A stretch of DNA of 64,000 nucleotides from Phoronis australis (taxonomy: Eukaryota; Animalia; Phoronida). The notes under the pieces were generated by a model. It searched no databases, was not told the origin of the DNA, and saw only the letters and a list, made by a program, of their open reading frames with translations. Each line of letters starts with the position of its first letter. The stretch's first letter is position 1. The stretch lies in NCBI GenBank assembly GCA_002633005.1, contig NMRA01000534.1, positions 1-64,000 of the forward strand, read 5' to 3'. A program made the translations under genes and the position numbers. This document shows positions 27,701-39,700 of the stretch, in pieces.

Positions 27701-30700
27701 CTTTGTTGCAAAATTTGTTTCTGCGCATTGTTTAGGCATTGCCCATATCAACTGGGTATGGGAATTTTTAGTTAAAGCGTTGAAATAATTACTGAAATTC
27801 ACATTTTTATGTTTTTCAATGGCTGGTCTTTGCTGCAGACATCAAATTTTCGCTATATGTCATTGCGTGTAGTTTTAATTATCAAACACATGCTGATAAT
27901 GAATAAACTATACATTACACCAGTTGAGAACTACATTTGACTTGTGCACAACAATCTATTTGCGACTTACAAATGTAAATCCAGGGATGTTGATGGGGGC
28001 ATTGAGGTGAGTATGGTATACAAATGAGCTGTTTATATTCTTGTAAAAAATGTTACGATTGGCTGGGTTTTATAGCTGAAATGTGTCCTCACCTGTGGTA
28101 TTTTGGTGAATTAATTAAAATGCAGATTCGTTTTAATGATTTATATCAGTTGAAATAGAAGCCACATACTTTAAAGTCCCAACATTTGCAAGTGATTGTT
28201 CACTTGAAATCAAATTTAGATGATGCCAGGTTTTAATAATGGGAAAACTGTGAGCTAACAATTGGGGGCAGTTCTTAAACAGTTTCCTTGCTTTATGTAA
28301 GTCTTGCCAGACCAATTGATTATCTTCTATTGATTGTCCATGACCATAAATGGTTCAATTGTTTTATATTGGGCCACTGGCAGAAACCGCTGCACTGTGT
28401 CAGCTGAAGCATGCCTCAACGTTTGTCTGACAAATCCAGTTTCTGGGCCATTGGTTTGTGTTGCTGGTACTGTTTATGTATAGTGATCTAATGACAGGTG
28501 TAGTCAGTCATCTGTTCAGTATGACATGCCTGGTTTACTATAGCATGAATGTGTATGTTCAGAGTGACAAGCCAGACTAATAGAGCTGTTGAAGTGGACT
28601 ATTGCTTTCACTAAATCCTTGTCTTGGTTAGAGTTAACTGTTACTGGTGAGTTTTTGAATGGAAACTATTCTGTTGTAACTTACCCAGATATTCAGTATG
28701 TGTGACTAGATCTTGATTAGGGAAGCTGCCTGTATATAACTGCGCAGTTGAAACGAATGGATTCAGTCAATAAAACTGGTCAAGGGTAAGATGGCCTTCT
28801 GAGTAATGAATTGACTAGGCCCGTGTAAGACAACTGGTTAGTTATCACTTTCTTGTGTCGTTCACAGCAATCGCAGTTTGTTAACGTGAAGTCTGTGACA
28901 TCAAGTTTTCATATCTGTCATATTCACAATCCTCTAACTTAAATTACAATATTTTCAGACATAAACTGTACTCAAGGTCTAGCTGCGCCGTTTGTAACCG
29001 TCATTGAATTAGTCGAGGAGTATACAAAGTTTGGCAGGGTTCTTTTGCTGATGTCGGCAATTTCCTTGGTATTGTGGTTGTGTAAATCCTGGGCTCAAAA
29101 TATTCTCAGCATTCCAATGTAGAAAACTCATCTCACAGGATTAGCGGTATTGAAAAGTGTAAGCTTATTTTTCTTTGTGGATATCTTCTCTGGTAGTTTA
29201 GACTGCTTATACAAACAGCTGCTGTCTGGTCCCTGTCTGTTTAGTTGCATCATTACCATTTAATAGGCATCTTGCTGTGAGACAGCTTGGAGTGCTATAT
29301 GGCTATTTCTAACTCTTCTTGACATTTTTATTGGATTAATGACTTGTGATAACTTAGCTATTCATAAAGAGAGAGAGAGTTGCTTGGAACTCAATAGGGC
29401 TGTGTTGGCAGTTAGGAGCATGCATTGACTTCAATGGTATGTTTACAGCAAGATTAGCTGGTTGCTGTTAGGGTAAGGTGTGTGAGTATGTTGCCAAAGC
29501 ATGAATGCTATGCTGCTAGGTACGTTCAGTTTTAGCGTGTATGCTGTTGTCGATAATTTCCATATTCCACTATTTTGTAGCTCTTGCTCTAATTATAATA
29601 CCAGTATTGCACTGTGTGTCAGTACAAGAGCTTGTGTTATTCGATCTTATGAGAGGACCCAGAAGACCTCAAGGAAATTAGAATCAACAGAATAATCACT
29701 CACATGGGTCCCTGCATTTTGAAAGCCAGTTTTCTCACAGGCATTGAACCAGTGCTCAGAATTCAAGGGCCATGTGAGGGACAATTGCTGGAAGCCAGTA
29801 TTGCGTTCAACTGCACTTAGTAAGAAATGGAACACAAGAGTTTTTGCTCATGTCTTGGTGTTCTAAATGTGGTGCATATTTACTTGGTTATAGTTTTGAT
29901 AAAATATTACCTAGGAAGGAATAAATGTTTTATCATTAATTTGTTGTTCCCTTCTCATATTGCCTTCAGTCATGAGATGAACTCCAGTTAATTAAGGTAG
30001 TCAATTCTAAATTATATAACAAGAGACCAGAACGGAGATCATCTCTTTTCCCTTGTGGTTAGTTTTGTACTGCACTGTGTATGTTAGCAGTCTGGTACAT
30101 GTTGTATTGTCGTGTGCTGGCTGCTCAGGTGGGCCCATTGCACTGAAACTATTTTTTGCCTTAGTAATGTGTAGATAAAACCAAGCTGTAGGAAGTAGAG
30201 ACCTGACTCCAGGGTAGCAGTGTGCCGCAGCACACGACCTTGAGTAAAGGAAGTGAACACCTTTTCCACTAAGCCACAGTACCGCCTCACTACACTGTGT
30301 AGATTACAGTATAATGTATTTTGATCAGTGGCATTCACAGGTGCAACAAGATAATGACCCAGAGCTTGACCAATGGTCATATCTAATAGTGTACATAACT
30401 AGGTAGGTAGGTAGGTGGTCAATGATAGATTTATGTCATCTGTGATGAGAAAGAACTCCTCTGTTATTTAGCCTGGGGATATTGGCAGTTTTGTAGGCTT
30501 AATCATAGGCTTTGTGCTTTCTGGAGCATTTCTTGGCTGTTCTATTTTGCCTACATGCCAATGGTAACTTGACAAAGATATTGTTTTCATCTAGTAATAC
30601 TAATAATAAGATAGTACACATGAATGCGAAAACAAGACGTTTCTTCAGTGGTGAAAACACTGGTGTGCTAATCAGACAGATGTGCAAGCAGGCTATGAAG

Positions 30701-33700
30701 AGTTCATTTGCTTCAGCAGTTAGTTTATTTCCAAACTGCTTTTAAAACCAAAATTCATGTCAAAGCTGGTTCACTCTCCCTAATAACTTGTGTAACATAT
30801 CGGGCCTGTGTGCCCTTTGAATTAAGCAGTCTGGGTACCACAGTGCCTGTGAAAATGCCAGCGATTTCGAGATCGTACAAAATGCCTGCGAATCGCTGAC
30901 AAAGGTGAAGCTTGCAACAGTTCACATTACTGGTGTTGTTGCTACTGGAAAAAGTAGAGTAATGAAAACACTAGCATTTTAGCCAATTTGTGAAGGAGGT
31001 GGAAGATAATTGAATGTTAATATTCCCTATTAAATACGGGTATGTTCCATTATCCTACAATAATAATTCTACAGTTTGGGATGGTCTTCGTACACTAACA
31101 TTGAATTTTTTAAACTCTGAAGATTGGGACATGGGCGATTCTGGCGTTGATCATTTTCCTGTAATATTAAACATTGCATTTTGTATGAATAGTCTGAAAC
31201 TAGACTTAGTAGTTCATAAAATCAAAGGAAAAATATCAGTCTCCATTGTGTATAACATGAGGATGAATGGTTGTAATTATAGAATTTGAGATGGTCAGTA
31301 TTGCATATTTCTACATTTTGATAAAAGCTTTGACCATGGGCAAACTAACTAAATTTTCGTTTTCCCAAACTGGAGAATTTTTACCACAACTATTGTTGTA
31401 AGACAGGGCGCCAGTCAGGCATTATATCTTATCTCTACTGAATTAACTAGTTCACAGCTGGTCTAAATTGCAGGTAAATTGTTGTTGGTTGCATTACTTA
31501 TAACTGCTTATGGTGTCATTTTGTTTAGATCAAGTGGTTTTGTTAAAGCTCAGTAGCAACTGACTTGCTGTTTGGATGTTAAACACCTAAGTATGGTTGG
31601 TTCTCATCTAATTGAAAATGATGTAATAAGCAGCCTTAGTTGCTGAAACGTCTCCATTATCTTGTCTGTTATAACAGTGTATTCATCTACACTGTTGCAT
31701 CGTTTTTGCAATGCTCTGAGCTATGCTTGAAAAGGTTGAGCTTTTTTCAGCAGTACAAAACAAATGATAGGAACGATATTGCAAAGTGGCACACGTCATT
31801 ACTTTCTTTCATGTAAAACCATTAGTGGCATGTGGAACAACTGAAGTTTGCACCTGCAGGTTACTGTGAATTTTCAAAAAGGAAAATTAGGATAAGAAAA
31901 CACAACGTACCCTGTTTGGATTTTGACCCTTGGACAACGGTGTTTAAATTAATATTTTGTTAGCCATTTGCTCAGTGACTGTCCCGAGCCCGTTGTAATA
32001 ATTGGTTATTCACTACCACAAAGATGAGCTGTAACCAGAAGTTTTGAGGGCAAATGTCTGCGTAAGCCCAAAAATGGCGTGCTGATTGCGTATTTTTTGT
32101 AACCTTATTACTATTTTTGTTTGTATCCGGAGGCCCAGGACACCTGTGCCCAGTTGCATGAAACAATCCCAAATAGGGACTCAACTACCGGCAAGTTCCC
32201 TAAATTTTCTGCTTATTTTTGGACTTGTGAAAACATCGATTGCCTTTTCTTGTATTGTTTTACTAAGTCAACTTTTGACTTTTGATACAAATCAAGAGTG
32301 AACTCTACGTTGAATTGTCAATATCATCGAAAATAATTAGGGATCTTTTCTTGGGACCCCCTATTTAAGGACTGAGTCCCTATTTATTTTCAATAAACTC
32401 TAGGCTCAGTTTTTAGTTTTATTATTAGAAAATGTCATTAATCAAAGAGGAGATCATATTAAAGATGAATTGATAGAGTCCATAGAAACTCAAACACGCA
32501 AAACGACTTAGGGACCTTAGCTGAGTCCCTATATGGGGCTGTAGTGTTTCATGTAACTGGCTACTGAGGATCCCCCTAAAACTGTCTGTGATTTTAGTTC
32601 ACTTATCATCAGCAGGTTGCCTTATCACTTCACATACTTAGTAGTTTCCATCCTCACAGAATTAGTGATCAAGGATGTCTTCTGGCTTGTGGCTGCTCAG
32701 TGTTATTCTACTGGCTGGCATCTGGTCCAGATGCCTGAGAAGTTGTTTGTACTTTACTACAGTAGAATCCAAATCAACCATTCACATACCCAGTCAAAGC
32801 ATCCAAACATTTGCATGCACAGTCTGGCATGTGAATATGCAAACCTGCACTTTCGAATGTGCAGTCCAAAAATACAGAGCGGACAATTCAAGATTTCGAT
32901 TTTACCAACCTACGGATTTAAGTGTTTGTATGCTCAAGTTATTGTTAATGTGCTCGAAAAACGATCTAAGCACACAATTTTGAAGGTCTGTAAACTCATT
33001 CGAAGGTCTGTAAACTCAACTGTCTGGTCTTATTTTTGTACTACACGGTGGCAAGTACAAGTTTATGCACTCACATAACCGATTATGGGTACAAATGTTT
33101 GAGTTCCTTGATCGTGTCATTCATACGGACACATCATCCAAACTTAGTGCTTACTCATTTGGCATTAGAGTTTGACTTTACGGGATCAACTAACCCTATA
33201 CATCATGGGGTAGTTACTTGAGAAGCGTGGCACCATTTGATACAGAGTTGAAACTCAAATTGTGTTTTTGCGGCTAAGTTTACACAACATACCCGGTCAT
33301 CTTCTCTTATTGTCAGCGTCTCTCGAGCACACAAAATGATAGAAGCTTTTCAACCTGCCCTTACCTACGGTAAGTAGGGTAACCTGATGGAGAAACATGT
33401 TATTTTTGGTTGTCACATTTGAAGTTGTTGATGCTGGTATAAAATAGACATCCCTCTACTCCTTGTGTATTTCTGCTGATGCTGCTCTGCACATTTCCCA
33501 TGAAGGTTACCGTTCACATTTTCAATGTCATTTCTGCATTATGCGTGCCTTCTTTATTATTCTTATAGATGCACTAGACTAACTTGGTACGGTAAAATTG
33601 TGTCCAATTTGAAATTAATATTGCCAAAATTGATATTTCCATAAGTTTACAGCTTTGTTAGAAATGCTTTAGATTTCATCGTGTGGTTATCTTTAACAGG

Positions 33701-36700
33701 TGTACAGTATAAACGGTGTAAATAAAAAAATAAAATTTTCTTCCTCTTTACTTTTGTGGAAAATTTTAATAAAATAAAATTTCACAGAAAGTTCCGCCAT
33801 CATCTGTTTAAAACGGAAAACACTTTACTGCTCTCTTGTGACTCATTTGAAGTTCAATTGGCTGCAACAAACGTTTAACATCATTGTGTTATTCATTCTA
33901 TGTATAATGAGATGTACAGCAGTGAAGATTTAGTGTGCCTGCTAGTGTGAGTAATGACTAGTTTCTTTGCGTCACCGTGTTCTTCTCATTGCCATCTGAC
34001 ATTCCCCTTTCGTACCACGAGGGCATCAAAGTGTGCAAGTATGACGTCCATGGTACATTATGAGAATGCCTATAGATTGACTAACTGGTTATTTTGAGTG
34101 CTATCATCCTTGCGTGTCTGAAGACAACAACTTGTGCCAGTCAATGGATCAAGTGTTATTTTTTAAGATGGGTTGAGAGCTCACCAGCCACTGATTGTAG
34201 TTTGGTAGGTAACCTTCAAAAAACAGACAGCCACAGATAACCAGTCTGTTGTCTTCCTTGAAATAATGAATAGATATTAAAGTCAGTAGTCTTTAAAGTG
34301 TACACAACATGACTCTAGTACCTCAAAATAAATTTTATTATATCTTACTTGATTTCAGTGCCTTTAGTGCACAGCTCATAAAGAAACACGCAAAAATTGA
34401 AAAAAATAATAATTATGTACAACGTCATGGGTTGAACCCAAGTCGTTCGCCATACCGTTCGGATCAGAGACAAAGTGTACAGAGTGAAGAGAATGCAAAG
34501 TACATTTAGCGTCGAGAAGGTTCGTAGAGAGATGTTTCCGGAGGCTGCAGCAACAGCAGCCAGGCGGAAAACGTCTCGGTGTTCCGAAGGACACCAAAGT
34601 TGCGCACAAGTGGCATGACTTCGTGCGCCGAACGAGAATGTGGGACGTCATCGTGGACCAAGCGATTCGGTCCGGGGCCACTCTGTGTTCTGCCCACTTT
34701 GAGGACTCGTGTTTCGACTCCAGTCACAGGAGACGTTACGATGAAGGCCTGGTTCAATAAAGGACAATATTTATCATTCAGAAACATCAGCTCTTAATTC
34801 AGGATCGTCTGTTGGATGACTGGGTTGACTCGCCGAGCCCGAGGCCGCTTCTCTCGCGGGAGGATCCAGTTTATAAGGCTCAAAGTAGAAAAGTACGCAG
34901 CCGGAAGCACATTAAACTTGTTGTCGCTTTCGTGCAACCCCGTTTCCTCATCCTGGCCACCATTCCCATGCATTTCTTCATAGTATTCGTTCAATTCTTG
35001 CTCTTAATCGTCGTCACTTTCAAATTCCCTGGTCTCCGCCATTGTTCAATGCTAGTTACTGATCTCTTGTGTTCAACCCATGACGTCACATGGCGGGAAA
35101 TGTGAAAATTGGCAAAATTGAAAGAAAAATCAAAATTTTGAGTTAATTACACAAAATAAACATGGGTTTAGCTAAATTTTACGTCATACATTTAGTCTGT
35201 GGCCACCGGTAATTCAAAATGTGCAAAAATCCATGGTGTGTACTGTTTAAGATTTGTTTTTGAAGATGACTTATGCTATATGCTAGGTTAGTGAGTAGTA
35301 TTTCAGATTTGCTTTCGAAGATGACTTATGTCAACATAATCTGAGCCTAACGCAGACCTGTGTGCCACAACCAAAATAACATAATGCAATTGTTTTTATT
35401 CTCTGTTGGAAATTTCTGTTATAGTGTGAACGTTTTTATGGATGCCATTGCATCTTAATTTTTGTTTGTTTGAAATCCTAACTGTGCTTGAGACATTATC
35501 TGGTACTGACTGCTGTAATGTTGGGTGTTGCCTACGTGAAACAAGACTGTTAATTGATGCCATGTCAATGAATGCAAATTTAATTTGCTTATGGATCAAT
35601 ACCATTGTCATCTGAGAGCAAAAAACATCATTGGACATCTCTCTGAAGTCGCATGGTTGATCTGTACTATTTGACCGGCACGGTATGGTAAAAGTGCAAT
35701 AATAGTGCTGGTAGGGTATTTCCCATTCTATTTTTTGACAAGAGTTATGTTACCATGTGCAGTGTCCAGAAACAATCTTGACTGTTTACCTAGGAGTTCA
35801 TTTGTATACCTAATTACCATATGGGCGTGGGTCTTGTTTGACTACTTGTTTAACTTCTGGGGACAAAAGTTGTGTGTGATTTGTTAGTAGACCTGTCATG
35901 TTGGGACTCAGTGCTTCAGGTGCCAGAGTTGCAACATCTCGCTGAGTTTTGTTAGCAGGTGTATGAAAAGGCCGTTTATCAGATGCTCAGCTGTAGATGA
36001 AATCTTGTTGTTTAATGTTATTGGAAATGTCACCTTTTGGAATTGAGAAGTTGAGCAGATAAAGAGGAAATGGAAGGACATTGTAGAGTTCTTGTGTTTT
36101 GATTTATTGGGAATTTAAGGTTTATTTACTAAAGGCTATACTTGTGTGTACAAGATGGAGTCTAATGAATTTATGTTGTCTATTTCCAGAATGAAGCCTG
36201 GCTAACAGATGTCGCCCATGGCTGGCCATTTTGTGTTGGTAATAAAGTAGTGCTTCATCTGGCACCACTGGACTTGAAGACAATATCACTGCACCAAGGG
36301 GACTTCTTTTTGTGTGTGTCCTGCGAGGGTTTTGATTCACCATGGAAGGGGAGTGTTAGTACAGTGAGACGACCAGTTCATGGAATATGTTGCTCATGGT
36401 TGTATGGGCGCAAGGTTCACAAAAGCCGACTTACCTGTAAGGAGTTTGTTGGTATTGTGTGCAATAATATGGACACTTTGGAGAATCGTGCACAAAATTG
36501 TCAAACAGATGATTTGAAATCTCAGTTGAAAACGTGCCTGGTGAGAACTGAGAACAATGTAGAAAAACTATCAAGGCAGGAGATTGTTGATGGGCAACAC
36601 CATGGCAATGCAGAGCTCTGTCAAACCTCACCAACTGCAACTAGAAGGTCCCAGTGCATTTCTTCCAATGCATTTGAAAGTACAGTGCAGAGTGGTGAGG

Positions 36701-39700
36701 ATCAAGGTGGGTAGTAAACTATCATGTTTAAGGAGAACGCAGTCATTTTTGGTGTCGCCTTTACTGTAAATTCATGTTCCTGGTTAACTTGGAGATATTT
36801 TTCCATGCTAATCATACTTTGCCTGGCGTTGTCTTCACCATTCTTGCTAGAATAGAAGGTGAGGCAAACGGCCCAGCAAAAGGCCTGTATTTTAATTCTA
36901 TGTTCAATGCCATCCAGTGAATGCAATGTCCTTCTCATTGCAATGTCTGTCAAATGCTCAATGGATTGATTGTCAGACTTTCAGGCCCTATACTGTGGCA
37001 TTTTCATCAGGTTCTATTGTTACACGGAGAGTAGGTGTCCGCTAGTGGAACAGTAATTAGTCCTGAAAAACATCTGTCCAAGATCTGTAATTTTAGTAGA
37101 GGCAACATCAAAAGCAGTTGCTTTCTGCCTTCCAAGCCCCATCCCTCAATAACTAAATCGTCTAGTTTGTAAATTTCAAACTAGAATGAATTGAATTTAC
37201 TGTGCTAAATCTAGCCACTGAAGCAGTCAATGACGCGTAGTGTAATCGTTTCAAATTTCAAAACATTGATTTGTCATGTTAAAAATGATTTTATTTCTGA
37301 GAAAAATGTTGGCATACCTTGACAGCATTAATGGGATTTTAAGTTTTGAGGAGTTGAAAATCACTGCTTTTTATGGTGTTGAAAGTTTTGGGACATATTT
37401 TGTGTCGTTACATTGCCTGTTTTATAATTTGCCTTTTTAGTGGCAAGGAGAAAGTATCTCTTTTATCAGGGAGTGCAGTCTTGATAACAGTGATGTGTGT
37501 CAGCACATTCCTATAGGTGGCACTACTGTTCTTTAATGTACAGCTGGGCCCCAGTTGCATAAAAGTTATACGCTGTATAGCAACAATGACATCACATTAA
37601 AATTCAAAATCTTCCGCAACACTTAGTTTCATTTTTCTGGCTTTTATGGAACTCTTGTCTTATCCATTTTGTCATGAACATTTGGGCTACACATTGTTTC
37701 GACTTTGGTTTTTAAGTGGCAAAGCAGGAAAACGTGCTGTGATAATAAGGCTCACGTCTGCTACAATCTCACATTCATCTACCGATGAACAGTATTGTAA
37801 AATTTTGAAGTCTTATGAATTGACTGCTCCAGGTTATCTCTGATTTGACCACGGAATGAGTGGAATCTGGTAAAGCCACACTTTCAGCTGTTTTCTAGCA
37901 ATTTGTAATCTTATATTTCAGCTTGAAAATTAGACTGTTGGAAGGCAGTGAGGTTTTGACTTCGTTCATCTTTGTGTCTGGTTTTCATATTAAAATTGGG
38001 CAAAGACAGTGTTGTGAATAGCTTTGGCGTGACATTTCACATTATTTGTGGCCTACTTTTTGATGAATAAGCAGAGTACTGCATTCATTTGGTACAACGC
38101 ATTAACCTTTTTCTGAACAAAACTTAGAAAACAAAAAATTGTTTAATGTTAACACTGTTCACTTGGGATTGCCTTATTATGTACGTGGTACATGTTTGGG
38201 TTGCTGAATATTGTTGCAAATTCCATTTCTGCACAATTTTCATTTTGAAAAAATTGAGGAAGTTGTTGGCATGTAATTTTGATGGATGTTCATTTAACAC
38301 TGGTTATCACTCTGAGTAAGTGGGTTAGTCAATCCAGGATGTCACTAACTGTTGTGCCTCTCATTTCTAAAAATTATTCAGCTTTTGGTAAAATATGGCA
38401 GATCAGTAGAATTTCATTTTGACAAATTTCTCAACAGTGGCAACTATTTAAAAAAATAGTCATCATTATTGTACTTTGTACAGTGCAGATGTTACTCGAT
38501 GTCATTTGTCAGAAGTTTGGTGATTCACAAATGAATTCAGTGAGTTTGTGAAAACCAAAGAAATTGCAATTTTAGCAATTATTCTATATGTCCCAAATTG
38601 AATAATTTTCACAGTAAATCATCATGCACGTTTTTACAAATTCCAGACAACATTTATGTATTTATATTGGGGCCCTTTCTCACTAACACCAACACGCCAG
38701 TTTTCATAGACACAGTGGTCATTTTGAAAGCTTTCAACCCCCTATTCAAGTAAAGTTAAACTCACATCGTTGGTGTGCGGCACACAAGCGGAAAAGCGTC
38801 AGGGCAGGATGCTTCTTTAAATAATTGACGTTGTAAAGTTGTGGACAGCTTTCACTGTTTTGATGATTGATAATTCCGTGTTAAAGGTTCCCAAGTTCTA
38901 CAATTCATTACAACTCAATGACTTTTCGTATTGAAAAAATGCATGACTTTAACCTCAATGTTGCCTTGTGAAAACTTTGCTGATAATAGAGGACTTCGCT
39001 TATCGATAACTTCAAATATCACAGGACAACTCAGATTAAGTTTGCTGTTACAGACGACACACATCTACTATCAGCTTTATCTTGGTGGGAATGGGCCTTT
39101 ATTTTCACCTCTATCTATATATTGTGGGGTAGTCCTTCAATTGTTTTAGACTTTTATCTGACTCTGTCTGATGATTGAATTGTGTGTTCACTGGTTGGAT
39201 GATAAATGGATTATTCAGAACCTTGATGGCTTAGTTTTATGCTAATTATTTTCACATCTGAGCTTAGTTTTTGTAACAAGGTTTGGTGGGTCTGGAATCA
39301 GGAACTCTACAGCAATTGGTCCAAATATTTATCCATGGTTTGATGTATCCATAATTAGGTTGCGCTAGTGTTGTTGGGGCCACTCAATCTGTATCATTTA
39401 ACACACATGTTACTTTACAACCCTGGTTGGACTTAGGCCACCCCATGGGCTGCTAGAAGTGTGTTTTCAACCATGGTCTCTCTCATGTGTTAAAGTGATT
39501 GGTAGAGCCTGATGTGGAGGATTGCATCCCATGCACTTGTTGATGAACTCACCATTGATTGGACAAGGTGGCCTGGCAGTGACCACCATTATGAATCATT
39601 GTGTCTGATGTGAATTGACAGAAACGCTGTTCCAATTCTTTGTGCGTGGTGCTGAGTTCAGAGTAAAACGATTTGTCATTTGAGGATGTAATTTTAGCAA

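Larger units (their letters stand above)
34297..35246 (+). mobile_element. Internally deleted Kolobok-like DNA transposon
   Basis: TTAA on both sides (34293-34296, 35247-35250); imperfect TIRs agtgtacacaacatg / catggtgtgtactgt (12/15); CpG-rich interior; THAP remnant on + and acidic ORF remnant on -. Confidence 0.7.

Noticed and set aside
32617-33078. 153-aa ORF
   Set aside because: Non-ATG start, no motif and no compatible splice sites; probably chance or repeat-derived
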